DNA from: Parcubacteria group bacterium GW2011_GWA2_42_14
Lineage (GTDB): Bacteria; Patescibacteriota; Minisyncoccia; Sungbacterales; GWA2-42-14
Direction: 5' to 3'
Assembly: GCA_000998135.1 (NCBI GenBank)
Contig: LCCV01000011.1
Coordinates: 4,132 to 68,131 of the forward strand
DNA length: 64,000 bases
Of this stretch, positions 18,488 through 27,690 are shown piece after piece. Each line of letters starts with the position of its first letter. Within the stretch, counting starts at the first letter, position 1. The notes beneath the pieces are model-generated. The model saw only the letters and a list, made by a program, of their open reading frames with translations, ran no database searches and had not been told where the DNA came from. Both the position numbers and the translations under genes were made by a program.

Positions 18488-18723
18488 TAGTTACAACGAG
18501 TTTCTGTTAATTTCCATGAGTTTCCACGAGTTTCTGAAATTTGTAGAAACTTGTTTCCCGCTTCGCTTGGAACGAAATTCATTGAAATTTGTTGTTTTTT
18601 GGTTGCTATTGACATGATAATTATATTTCGCTACTATTAACTTTGGTTGTCCAAATTATCATTTATTAGCATATTTAATAGCATTTTTTAATCATTTATA
18701 TATAATTATGACTCCGCAATGGT

Positions 18724-18825
18724 TTACCCCGTTAGAAGTCTGGCCCGTTTTTACGGGAAAAAGGGTTGAGATAACAGCCTTGATAAAACGGGGAAAGTCT
18801 CGAAGAAGGAAAACTTCTAACGGGG
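18724..18825. mobile_element. Family H miniature inverted-repeat element
   Basis: CCCCGTTAGAAGT...ACTTCTAACGGGG. Confidence 0.7.
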
Positions 18826-18850
18826 CGAGATCGGCGGGGAAAATAAAAAT

Positions 18851-20044
18851 ATGGCAGAGAAATTTGAGCGCACAAAACCCCACTTAAATGTTGGGACAAT
18901 AGGCCATGTTGACCATGGTAAAACCACTTTAACGGCGGCAATCACAAAGATTTTATCTTTGAAGGGATATAAGGCCCGTGTGGAATCGGTAGAGCAGATT
19001 GATAATGCGCCGGAAGAAAAGGCGCGAGGTATTACTATTGCTCTTCACCATTCCGAATATGAAACCGAAAAAAGGCACTATGCGCATATTGATGCTCCGG
19101 GACATGCCGATTATATCAAGAATATGATTACCGGTGCCGCGCAGATGGATGGCGCGATTTTGGTTGTTTCTGCCGTTGATGGTCCTATGCCTCAAACAAG
19201 AGAGCATATTTTGCTTGCGCGCCAAGTGGGGGTGCCGTCCATAATTGTATTTTTAAACAAGGTTGACGCGGTTGAAGATAAGGAATTGGTTGATTTGGTT
19301 GAGGTCGAAGTTCGCGAGCTTTTGAAAAAATATGAATTTCCCGGAGACAAAACTCCTATTATCCGGGGTTCAGCCTTAAAAGCGCTGGAAGCAACTTCGG
19401 CCGACGATGAAGCCGCCAAACCAATTTTGGAATTGGCCAATGCTCTTGATGAATATATTCCCGAGCCGGTCCGCGAGATTGATAAACCATTTTTGACGCC
19501 CGTAGAAGATGTTTTTTCTATAGAAGGCCGTGGAACTGTAGTTACCGGAAGAGTAGAAAGGGGAAAAGTAAAGGTTAATGATGAAGTTGAAGTTATAGGA
19601 TTAAAACCGACTCAAAAAACAATTGTTACCGGAATTGAAATGTTTAATAAATCGCTGGACGAAGGAATGGCCGGAGATAACGCGGGAATTTTGTTAAGAG
19701 GCCTTAAAAAAGAAGATGTGGAAAGGGGGCAGGTTATTGCTAAGCCAGGCTCCGTTACTCCTCATACCGAATTTGAAGTTGAAGCTTATATTCTGACCAA
19801 AGAGGAAGGGGGCAGGCACACGCCGTTTTTCACCGGGTATAAGCCGCAATTTTATTTGAGAACAACTGATGTTACCGGGGAGATGACCCTTCCGCAGGGA
19901 ATTGAGATGGTTATGCCTGGAGATACTGTTAAGGGTAGCGTTAAATTAATCGCGCCGGTTGCTCTTGAAGAAAAACAGAGATTTGCCATTAGAGAAGGGG
20001 GAAAAACGGTAGGGGCGGGAGTAGTTACGAAGATACTTAAATAA
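18851..20044 (+). CDS. tuf: Elongation factor Tu
   Basis: '[15 protein letters not shown]'. 397 aa. Confidence 0.95.
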   Translation: MAEKFERTKPHLNVGTIGHVDHGKTTLTAAITKILSLKGYKARVESVEQIDNAPEEKARGITIALHHSEYETEKRHYAHIDAPGHADYIKNMITGAAQMDGAILVVSAVDGPMPQTREHILLARQVGVPSIIVFLNKVDAVEDKELVDLVEVEVRELLKKYEFPGDKTPIIRGSALKALEATSADDEAAKPILELANALDEYIPEPVREIDKPFLTPVEDVFSIEGRGTVVTGRVERGKVKVNDEVEVIGLKPTQKTIVTGIEMFNKSLDEGMAGDNAGILLRGLKKEDVERGQVIAKPGSVTPHTEFEVEAYILTKEEGGRHTPFFTGYKPQFYLRTTDVTGEMTLPQGIEMVMPGDTVKGSVKLIAPVALEEKQRFAIREGGKTVGAGVVTKILK

Positions 20045-20122
20045 CCAACAACCCACAACCAACAACTAACAACACGTTGGGCGCAAAGTTGTTGTAGGTT
20101 GTAAGTGGTTAGTTGTAAGTTA
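20044..20122. repeat. Family F (CAACAAC)n / (GTTGTTG)n palindrome
   Basis: Copies at 34237-34305, 46730-46775 (inside the recJ ORF) and 59860-59978. Confidence 0.65.
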
Positions 20123-20129
20123 CGCAGGA

Positions 20130-20465
20130 TTGGCAACGGCGATAAAAACAACTGAAGAAATTAAACAGCGCATCCGGATAAAGGTGCGCGCTTATGATAA
20201 TAAAATCATAGATTCTTCGGTTAAGCAGATTGTGGATACGGCGCGTCGCCAGGGCGCCGATATTATTGGTCCAGTTCCGCTTCCGACCGAAACTCATAAA
20301 TACACGGTAAACCGTTCTTCTTTTGTCCATAAAAACGCCAGGGAACAGTATGAAATGAGAGTGCATAAGCGCCTGATTGATATCATAAACCCGAACCCCA
20401 AAACAATTGATGCTTTGATGAACTTAAATTTACCCGCCGGAGTTGATATTGAGATAAAAATGTGA
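20130..20465 (+). CDS. rpsJ: 30S ribosomal protein S10
   Basis: '[18 protein letters not shown]...RGPVPLPT'. Confidence 0.85.
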   Translation: MATAIKTTEEIKQRIRIKVRAYDNKIIDSSVKQIVDTARRQGADIIGPVPLPTETHKYTVNRSSFVHKNAREQYEMRVHKRLIDIINPNPKTIDALMNLNLPAGVDIEIKM

Positions 20466-20520
20466 AGTTTGGCCTGTAATTTCAAGCCGCAAGGCGCAGA
20501 AATTATAGATGCCAAACGAT

Positions 20521-20627
20521 ATCCCTTCCCAGTTTTACTGATTAGTTGTTAGAAAGGAAAATTTTTTTTTGAAACAAGAGAGAAGTTTGACCGAAAAAAC
20601 AATTCGTCCGTAAAACTGGGGAGGGAT
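20521..20627. mobile_element. Family J miniature inverted-repeat element (18-bp inverted ends ATCCCTTCCCAGTTTTAC)
   Basis: Perfect 18-bp inverted repeat. Related copy inside rnpB at 56815-56920. Confidence 0.65.
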
Positions 20628-20659
20628 GAAGTGTTTTATCCAAAATTAACAACCCAATT

Positions 20660-20714
20660 GTCATTCTGCCGCCATGTGCGAGCATCGCCTTCGGCGGGAG
20701 CAAAGCGAAGAATC
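20660..20714. repeat. Family I unit
   Basis: GTCATTCTGCCGCCATGTGCGAGCATCGCCTTCGGCGGGAGCAAAGCGAAGAATCT. Confidence 0.55.
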
Positions 20715-20767
20715 TAAAAATGCGGAAATAAATTCTTGAAAGTCGTACTTAAATATGTAAAGATAAA

Positions 20768-20995
20768 GTGGAGAAAGCAGAGTTTATGAATACCCTAACT
20801 ATTCCTCGAAAATTAGTACAAAATGACGATTTGGTGGTTGTGCCTCGCAGAGAATACGAGAGATTATTTCGATTTTGGGCCGCGGCTGAACTACTCACTG
20901 CAAGCCAGAAGAAAGCGATAAATAAGGGTGTCCGAGAAATAGCGCGGGGAAAATTTTTTACTTCAAAACAAGTAAAACATGAATTGGGACTATAG
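20768..20995 (+). CDS. Putative antitoxin
   Basis: 75 aa, overlaps the downstream RelE-like ORF. Confidence 0.35.
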   Translation: MEKAEFMNTLTIPRKLVQNDDLVVVPRREYERLFRFWAAAELLTASQKKAINKGVREIARGKFFTSKQVKHELGL

Positions 20996-21230
20996 ATTAT
21001 CGGATAAAGCGCTAAAGAACCTCAAGGAATTTCCGAAGCAGGATCGGCTACGTATTTATGAGGCTCTTGAGACAATGAAAGATGCCCCTTTTATCGGAGA
21101 TATAAAACCAATCCAGGGAGAAGAAAATCTTTGGCGGCGCAGAATTGGCGCTTATCGAATATACTTCCGGCCGTTCCACGAAAAAAGGGTCTTTGATATT
21201 CCCGGGATTGAACGCAAACGAAGCCATTGA
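20979..21230 (+). CDS. RelE/ParE family toxin
   Basis: 'LWRRRIGAYRIYFRPFHEKRVFDI' RelE/ParE C-terminal core. Confidence 0.55.
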   Translation: MNWDYRLSDKALKNLKEFPKQDRLRIYEALETMKDAPFIGDIKPIQGEENLWRRRIGAYRIYFRPFHEKRVFDIPGIERKRSH

Positions 21231-21287
21231 AAATTGGCGTGAAATATTAAAACAAAAGGTTTGTATATAATTATTCTTCGAGCCCCG

Positions 21288-21399
21288 CCCCGTTAGAAAT
21301 TTAAATAAACGCAATTTTATTCCAAAAGATGTAAGGCGGGAGCCGCTTTGCTTCACATTGTTGTGTTGTGATTGGCGTATTGCCGGATTTCTAACGGGG
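21288..21399. mobile_element. Family H miniature inverted-repeat element
   Basis: CCCCGTTAGAAATTTAAAT...GGATTTCTAACGGGG. Confidence 0.7.
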
Positions 21400-21457
21400 C
21401 AAGTCGAGAAGTTTCTATAATGTAAAGTTCTCGACAAACCTGAATAATAAATAAATT

Positions 21458-21652
21458 ATGGGAGTTGAAGGAGAAAAAATAGGCCATCCTTATGAAGGTT
21501 TGGACGATGCAAGCTTAGCAGATGCTATTCGTCTCGAAGTTTATAGATACAGAAAAGAACATGGTGAATTCATGCCTTATCACAAACAAATGTTAGAAGA
21601 AGCTCGACGTCGGATTAAGCCTTTAATGGATGTTTTAGTTTCCGAATACTAG
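21458..21652 (+). CDS. Hypothetical small protein
   Basis: ORF only. Confidence 0.2.
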   Translation: MGVEGEKIGHPYEGLDDASLADAIRLEVYRYRKEHGEFMPYHKQMLEEARRRIKPLMDVLVSEY

Positions 21653-21692
21653 TTTTTTGGTCATTGAAACGACCGGGCATGGTTAAAATTTT

Positions 21693-22037
21693 TTGTGTTT
21701 TTTGAGAATAAATGGCAGAATAAGGGTGAAAATGATTATTAATGCAAAAAAATCAAAGATGACTCTTGATAAACTTGTCAGCATGACACAGCGGGAATTT
21801 TCAGCTGTTCGGAAAGAAATGGCAACCAAAGATGATCTCAAACATTTTGCAACCAAAGACGACCTATACGACTTAAAAGAAGAAATTCGAGGCGATACGG
21901 CAAAGATTTTGCAGGGTGTTGATAAGATTGTTACACATTTTGATAAGGTGGAAAAAGACCACGCGGCTGATAAATTGCTGCATGATCGTCATGAAAAAGT
22001 GATTGAAACTTTAAAACAAAAAGTCGGCGTCAGATGA
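21693..22037 (+). CDS. Paralog 1 of a triplicated small helical protein (KKSKMTLDKL...ATKDDLKHFATKDDL...DKIVTHFDK.EKDHAADKLLHDRHEK)
   Basis: Three tandem paralogs at 21693, 22424 and 22893, each followed by an 'MGIE...' mini-ORF. Confidence 0.45.
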   Translation: MCFLRINGRIRVKMIINAKKSKMTLDKLVSMTQREFSAVRKEMATKDDLKHFATKDDLYDLKEEIRGDTAKILQGVDKIVTHFDKVEKDHAADKLLHDRHEKVIETLKQKVGVR

Positions 22038-22423
22038 TTTTTAACTTGTAGTAAAAAAACATGGGAATTGAATCACCAAAAAATAAGGAAGCTATTTTTG
22101 AACTTCATAAAAAAATATATAGTGATTTGTTTTATGATTATCCAAAGATGGATTCAAGTCCTGACTTTCTAAGTTTACAAATTTTGTTATAACTGCTTAC
22201 AGTGCAGGGTTAAACAATGAGGATTTGAATAGAATTTTTACTGAAGTTTATAATGAAGAGTTGGCTGACCATCACGGCAGTGAACACGGCGGAGAAGGCG
22301 GATTTTAATAAATAGACCTGTTGCTTATTAAGATTTTAGCCGTTTTTTTAAAAAATTAGTGGCTTAAAATAAGGGTTTTTTGCATCAAATTTTCCCAAAA
22401 AATTATTTGCAAAAAAATCAAAG

Positions 22424-22771
22424 ATGACGCTTGATAAGTTGGCGCGAATGACGGCCAATGAGTTTTCGGTTGTTAAAAAAGATATGAATGATGGTTTTGC
22501 GACTATACGTCAGGAAATGGCCACCAAAGATGATCTCAAGCATTTTGCTACCAAAGACGATCTTAAACTTTTTGCCACTAAAGTAGACTTGAATGATTTG
22601 CGAGTTGAATTAAAAGACGATATTCAGAAAGGAACCGTAGAGGTTTTACGCGCTGTTGATAAAATCGTTACAAAATTTGATAAAGCAGAAAAAGACCACG
22701 CGGCGGATAAATTGCTTCACGACCGTCATGAAAAAGCCATAGAAATTTTAAAACAAAAGGTCGGTGTTTAA
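22424..22771 (+). CDS. Paralog 2 of the triplicated small helical protein
   Basis: About 70% identical to paralog 1. Confidence 0.45.
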   Translation: MTLDKLARMTANEFSVVKKDMNDGFATIRQEMATKDDLKHFATKDDLKLFATKVDLNDLRVELKDDIQKGTVEVLRAVDKIVTKFDKAEKDHAADKLLHDRHEKAIEILKQKVGV

Positions 22772-22892
22772 AAATTTTAAAAATTATGGGAATTGAAAGA
22801 ATACCTACTCAAGAAAATATAAAGCAAAAACTACAGGCAAATTGATGTTCGACCTGGTAGCCGCTGATATAAATGAGTAAAATAATTAGTCA

Positions 22893-23321
22893 TTGAATGG
22901 CCGGGCATGGCTGAAATTTTTGTGTTTTTTGAGAATAAATGGCAGAATAAGGGTGAAAATGATTATTAATGCAAAAAAATCAAAAATAACCCTGAATAAG
23001 CTTGCGGGTATGACGGCGAGAGAATTTTCGACTGTCCGAAAAGATATGAATAAGGGTTTTGTTGAACTCCGTGGCGATATGCGGGAACTCCGTGGCGATA
23101 TGCAGAATGGCTTTTCAATGATGCGTAAGGATATTACAGGGGAGGTTCTGGATATCGTACGAGAAGGCAATATAAATATTGTCGCCAGCAACGAAAAAGT
23201 GGCGTCAAAACTTGATGAGTTCTTGAAAGATCGCGGAGCCCACGACGCGCTCCATAAACGGATTACCGATGAACTACATTATCACGACCAACGTGTCAAA
23301 AAATTAGAGGTAAAAGTTTAA
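22893..23321 (+). CDS. Paralog 3 (divergent C-terminus) of the triplicated small helical protein
   Basis: Same N-terminus 'MIINAKKSKITLNKLAGMTAREFS' and a ~70-bp conserved leader shared with paralog 1. Confidence 0.4.
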   Translation: MNGRAWLKFLCFLRINGRIRVKMIINAKKSKITLNKLAGMTAREFSTVRKDMNKGFVELRGDMRELRGDMQNGFSMMRKDITGEVLDIVREGNINIVASNEKVASKLDEFLKDRGAHDALHKRITDELHYHDQRVKKLEVKV

Positions 23322-23990
23322 AAAAGGTCGGCCAATTTAAAAAATTAATAAATTTTCAAAATCATGGGAATTGAAAGAGGGCAAAAAAGAGAAAAGATGC
23401 CAGGGAGAGAAAAATTATCTTTAACAGCAGAAGAGAAAAATTAGCTATAAAAATTGCCGACCATACCGAATTTACAGAAGAATGCGCAAGAGATTTTTTG
23501 TTGTTTGATAAATTAAATAAAGAGGAAAAAGACTTTAACAAATTGAAATTTTTATATCCAAAGCTTTTTCGTCGACTTCACTATACGTATGGATATCGTA
23601 CCGCTGATGATGTCTAGTGGTGGGTAAATGATGTAAGAGCTCATGTCGAGGATGTTAAGAATTTAGAAGCGGACGTGGAAGCCGGAGAAGGATACGAGAA
23701 TGAGGACGATGAATTTGAAGAATGATGATTTAAATTGACTGATTTTAAATTAGCCGTTGAATTCTGAGTATTCTCAAAGAGTGCTTGGAATTGAGTGACT
23801 AATAATCATTCTTGCCCGACTGAAAGGTTTAGGGCGCCCCGTTGTCGCCGCTTGACTTCGTCAAGCGGAAGGGGGTATAGTTGCATATGGTAATCAAACT
23901 AATTTTATTTGATATCTGAAGTTTAGAGGAATTAAACTCCGCATTTTTTGATTGCGCCGGGGTTGTTCCCGGTATTTTGTTTGAGAAATA

Positions 23991-24074
23991 GATGCGAATC
24001 TACAAATATGCGAATTTTAAAAATTATTAGCATATTCGTAGATTTGCATTCATTCGTATGCCGTATTAGCATCC
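23991..24074. repeat. Family C element
   Basis: GATGCGAATCTACAAATATGCGAATTTT...TTCGTAGATTTGCATTCATTCGTATGCC. Confidence 0.55.
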
Positions 24075-24081
24075 AAAAAAC

Positions 24082-24711
24082 ATGAAGTATATATTAGGCG
24101 AAAAAATAGGTATGTCGCAGGTGTTTGACTCTGAAGGCAAGGTTATTCCGGTAACCGTTGTTTCTGCTGACCCGAATGTGGTGTTGCAAGTTAGGACCAA
24201 AGAAAAAGATAGTTATGAGGCTGTACAAGTCGGATTTGGAATAAGAAAGGACAAGAATATAAAAAAGCCGCAAAAAGGCCATTTCAAGGATTTGGGGAAC
24301 TTCCGATACATAAAAGAGTTTAGAACGCCGCAAGTTTCAGAATCCAAGTTACAAGTTTCAAGAGGCGACAAATTTGACGTTTCTGTTTTTAAAGAAGGCG
24401 ACATGGTGAAAGTTTCGGGGATTTCCAAATCAAAAGGATTTCAGGGAGTTATGAAACGGCATGGCTTTCACGGCGCTCCGGCAACCCACGGAACGAAGCA
24501 CGCTCATAGAGAACCGGGGTCAATCGGCGGAGGAGGAGGAAGGGCCGGCGGGCGTGTGGTGAAAGGAATGAAGATGGCGGGAAGAATGGGTGGAGAAAGA
24601 GTAACGGTGAAAAATTTGAAGATTGTAAAAGTTGATGCGGAAAATAGTTTGTTGGCGATAAGCGGGGCGGTGCCGGGGAGAAAGGGGACATTACTTGAGA
24701 TTAGGGGGTAG
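24082..24711 (+). CDS. rplC: 50S ribosomal protein L3
   Basis: 'MKYILGEKIGMSQVFD'. 209 aa. Confidence 0.9.
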   Translation: MKYILGEKIGMSQVFDSEGKVIPVTVVSADPNVVLQVRTKEKDSYEAVQVGFGIRKDKNIKKPQKGHFKDLGNFRYIKEFRTPQVSESKLQVSRGDKFDVSVFKEGDMVKVSGISKSKGFQGVMKRHGFHGAPATHGTKHAHREPGSIGGGGGRAGGRVVKGMKMAGRMGGERVTVKNLKIVKVDAENSLLAISGAVPGRKGTLLEIRG

Positions 24712-25095
24712 TTTTTCCGTCGTCATTGCGAGCCGTAGCTACGGCGAAGCAATCTGAATCAAATTCATGAAACAAGGTTTTGTATATATTATGACCAATC
24801 CGAGGAGTACCGTTCTTTATACTGGTATTACGAGTAATCTTATTAGGCGGATATATGAACATAAAAATAAACTCATTGAAGGATTCACGAAGAAGTACAA
24901 CGCCACAAAATTGGTTTATTACGAGATATATGATTCAATTGAGGTTGCCATACAGCGCGAGAAGCAAATCAAGGATGGTTCACGAAAGAAAAAATTTTTC
25001 TTGATTGACTCTTTGAATTCGGAGTGGAAGGATTTGGCAGATGAGTTGTGAGATTGCTTCGGGCCTGCGGGGCCCTCGCAATGACGGCTCTTATT
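24712..25095 (+). mobile_element. Mini-element: GIY-YIG gene flanked by ~35-bp inverted ends (GTCATTGCGAG-hairpin-GAAGCAATCT)
   Basis: Left end 24719-24753 'GTCATTGCGAGCCGTAGCTACGGCGAAGCAATCT'. Right end 25056-25091 is its reverse complement, 'AGATTGCTTCGGGCCTGCGGGGCCCTCGCAATGAC'. Confidence 0.45.
24767..25051 (+). CDS. GIY-YIG nuclease-superfamily small protein
   Basis: 'GFVYIMTN...LYTGITSNLIRRIYEH' GIY-YIG core. Confidence 0.7.
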   Translation: MKQGFVYIMTNPRSTVLYTGITSNLIRRIYEHKNKLIEGFTKKYNATKLVYYEIYDSIEVAIQREKQIKDGSRKKKFFLIDSLNSEWKDLADEL

Positions 25096-25147
25096 CACGG
25101 GAAAAAGAAAAAAGCGACCGCAAGGGTCGCTAAGGATAGGAATATGG

Positions 25148-25417
25148 TTAATTATCTCTGAAACGCAATTCCGAAATTCGTTTCCATGGAATCACAATTT
25201 TCATATCGGAATGGGTTTCAGCTCCTGGTGGATTGGCGCGTTCTTGGTAGCAGGTAACATCGGCATTATTCAATTCTATGCCACCTATACAGTTGATTGT
25301 TCCGCCATCGGTTAGTTTAATTTCCGTGGCTCTGCGTTCTGTATGGCAAGCAGTTAGTCCGATAGCGATGATAAAAAGTATGGCCAATCCTGAAATTTTA
25401 GCCATTTTTTGCCCCAA
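25148..25417 (-). CDS. Small lipoprotein
   Basis: Signal peptide plus lipobox 'GLTAC'. Opposite strand between rplC and rplD. Confidence 0.45.
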   Translation of the reverse strand: MGQKMAKISGLAILFIIAIGLTACHTERRATEIKLTDGGTINCIGGIELNNADVTCYQERANPPGAETHSDMKIVIPWKRISELRFRDN

Positions 25418-25460
25418 ATAATGTTTTTTATGAACTATTGATTATGTATCATATAATTTT

Positions 25461-26099
25461 ATGAAAGTCAAATTATACAATCAAGTTGCAGAGGAAGTGG
25501 GGAAGGCAGAGTTGCCTGATGCGGTTTTTGGTTTGAAATGGAATGCCGACTTGGTTCATCAGGTGGTGACAAGCCAAGAAGCTAATCGCAGGCCTACTGT
25601 TGCCCATGCGAAAGGGCGGAGTGAGGTGCGGGGAGGAGGTAGAAAGCCGTGGAGGCAGAAAGGAACCGGAAGAGCGAGGCACGGCTCAATCCGTTCCCCG
25701 ATTTGGAAAGGCGGAGGCGTGACGCACGGGCCGTTGAAAGAAAAGAGCTATAAAAAATCTATAAATAAAAAAATGGCAAAGAAGGCATTGTATACGGTTT
25801 TGTCGGCCAAAGCGCGTGATGGCGAGATTGTCGTTTTGGATACGTTAAAATTCGAAGAGCCGAAAACCAAACTGGCCGCAAAAGTTTTTAAAAATTTAGA
25901 AGCGGTAAAATCGGACTTAACTAAAAAAGAAAATCGGGTTTTGGTTTTACTTCCTAAAATGGAGAATGCAATAAAGCGGGCAATAAGAAACTTGCCTTAC
26001 ACAGCGTTAGATGAGGCGAGAAATTTGAACGCGTTGCAGGCGATGAAACATAAGTATATTTTGTTTACAAAGGAATCATTAAATGTTTTTAAGTCTTAG
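25461..26099 (+). CDS. rplD: 50S ribosomal protein L4
   Basis: 212 aa. L4 'GGGRKPW' region. Confidence 0.9.
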   Translation: MKVKLYNQVAEEVGKAELPDAVFGLKWNADLVHQVVTSQEANRRPTVAHAKGRSEVRGGGRKPWRQKGTGRARHGSIRSPIWKGGGVTHGPLKEKSYKKSINKKMAKKALYTVLSAKARDGEIVVLDTLKFEEPKTKLAAKVFKNLEAVKSDLTKKENRVLVLLPKMENAIKRAIRNLPYTALDEARNLNALQAMKHKYILFTKESLNVFKS

Positions 26100-26102
26100 G
26101 TA

Positions 26103-26176
26103 TTAGAAGCAGAACTACGCTGATGAGTACGCCGAACTACGCTGAAATCAGCGTCAATCAGCGTCAATCGGCTTCT
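26103..26176. repeat. Family D element (TAGAAGCAGAACTACGC...AATCAGCGTCAATCGGCTTCTA), 7-bp inverted ends
   Basis: Second copy at 30592-30678. Confidence 0.65.
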
Positions 26177-26181
26177 ATGGT

Positions 26182-26628
26182 ATGAAATTATTTAATAAAA
26201 TTTTTCCGCCGAAGGCGGATCCGTCTCGGGCGGAAAAACGCAATGAAGGAAAAAAGGAAGATATTAGTGAAAAGGCGGTAAAACAAGATAACGATTCGAG
26301 AAACATTCGAGATAATTCAGGGGGGATTCGAGAAAAGAATGAAAAAGGCGATTATAGGCCTGGAGTTTTGCTTGCCCCGCACGTTACGGAAAAAACAACA
26401 AGCGGTAATACTTTGAATAAATATGTTTTTAGGGTTGCCAACACCGCCAATAAACCGGAAATTAAAAAAGCGGTTGAGGGCAAATACGGAGTTGCTGTTT
26501 CGAGTGTTAATATATTGAATACTAAGCCGAAAGCGGTTAGACTGGGCAGAATTGAAGGTGTGAGGCCGGGATATAAGAAGGCGATAGTGACATTGGTTGA
26601 GGGGGATAAGATAGAGATTGGGGTATAA
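26182..26628 (+). CDS. rplW: 50S ribosomal protein L23 (with N-terminal extension)
   Basis: C-terminal L23 core 'VFRVANTANKPEIKKAVE...'. Confidence 0.8.
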   Translation: MKLFNKIFPPKADPSRAEKRNEGKKEDISEKAVKQDNDSRNIRDNSGGIREKNEKGDYRPGVLLAPHVTEKTTSGNTLNKYVFRVANTANKPEIKKAVEGKYGVAVSSVNILNTKPKAVRLGRIEGVRPGYKKAIVTLVEGDKIEIGV

Positions 26629-26630
26629 AT

Positions 26631-26791
26631 GTGATGCTAATCAGGTGCGAATTTAATGCTAATCTACAAATTGCGAATATTTATTCTTAAAGTGAAATCG
26701 AGAAGTTACCATAATGTAAAATTCTCGACAGGTTCGAATAGTATTCGCAATTCGCCAGATTCGCATTTCATTTGTAGATTGGCATCATTGC
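26631..26791. repeat. Family C element, long copy
   Basis: GTGATGCTAATCAGGTGCGAATTTAATGCTAATCTACAAATTGCGAAT...GATTCGCATTTCATTTGTAGATTGGCATCATTGC. Confidence 0.65.
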
Positions 26792-26792
26792 T

Positions 26793-27617
26793 ATGAAGAA
26801 GTATAATCCAACATCACCGGGAAGAAGAGCGGCCGAAGTTATTGATTGGCGGAAATTTTTAACAAAAAAAGAGCCGGAAAAGCGTCTTGTTTTTGGTTTT
26901 CATAGGGCGCAGGGAAGAAATAATTACGGCCGTATCACTACCCGTCATAAAGGAGGGCGGGTTAAAGCTTTATACAGAGCAGTTGATTTTATGTATGATA
27001 AAAAAGATACTCCCGCCGTTGTGGAATCGTTGGAATACGACCCAAATCGTTCAGGGTTTATTGCTTTGGTAAAATACCGGGATGGCGAAAGAAGATATAT
27101 GCTTGCTCCGCAAAATTTGGCGGTCGGCGCCAAAGTTATTGTTTCTGAAAAAGCGCCGATTGAATTAGGGTCAAGAACTGTTCTTAGAAATATTCCGGTA
27201 GGAACTTTTGTTTATAATGTAGAATTGTATCCGGGCCGCGGAGCGGTTTTAGTTCGTTCCGCCGGCATCGGGGCCCAGGTTTTGGCAACCGAAGACAATA
27301 CTGCTACGCTTAAACTTCCATCCGGAGAAATAAGGGTGGTTTCGTCTTCAAGCTGGGCGTCAATCGGCATGGTTTCCAATCCGGAGCATTCTTTTATGAC
27401 CATCGGCAAAGCGGGAAGAAACAGGCGTTTGGGAATTCGTCCGACAGTCCGCGGTACGGTAATGAATCCGAGGGATCACGCCCACGGCGGAGGCGAGGGA
27501 AAAACACAACTTGGTTTGAGGCGCCCTAAAACACCGTGGGGGAAAACGGCGAGAGGTGTTAAAACCCGCAAGAAAAACAGGAAATCAAATAAATTTATTT
27601 TACAAAGAAGAAAATAA
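26793..27617 (+). CDS. rplB: 50S ribosomal protein L2
   Basis: 274 aa. 'GRNNYGRITTRHKGGG'. Confidence 0.95.
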   Translation: MKKYNPTSPGRRAAEVIDWRKFLTKKEPEKRLVFGFHRAQGRNNYGRITTRHKGGRVKALYRAVDFMYDKKDTPAVVESLEYDPNRSGFIALVKYRDGERRYMLAPQNLAVGAKVIVSEKAPIELGSRTVLRNIPVGTFVYNVELYPGRGAVLVRSAGIGAQVLATEDNTATLKLPSGEIRVVSSSSWASIGMVSNPEHSFMTIGKAGRNRRLGIRPTVRGTVMNPRDHAHGGGEGKTQLGLRRPKTPWGKTARGVKTRKKNRKSNKFILQRRK

Positions 27618-27690
27618 CGACAAGCGACAAGAGACATGAGACAAGGATTTAATTTCCATGTCGCATGTCACATGTAGCATGTCACATGTA
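27618..27690. repeat. Family A heptamer-arm palindrome
   Basis: GACAAGCGACAAGAGACATGAGACAAGG-loop-CATGTCGCATGTCACATGTAGCATGTCACATG. Confidence 0.7.

Noticed and set aside
21240-21450. Possible small RNA between the RelE-like toxin and the 64-aa ORF
   Set aside because: The region is fully explained by a family-H miniature inverted-repeat element (21288-21399).
27658-27690. ORF-track N-termini '[11 protein letters not shown]...', 'MSHVACYQKLVTCYMLHV...', 'MDFHVTCHMSHVTC...' and '[29 protein letters not shown]...' on rpsS, rpsC, rplO, rpsH and rpsG
   Set aside because: These are translations of the (CATGTCA)n repeat arm. True starts are downstream at conserved ribosomal-protein N-termini (GTG or ATG), and coordinates were adjusted accordingly.
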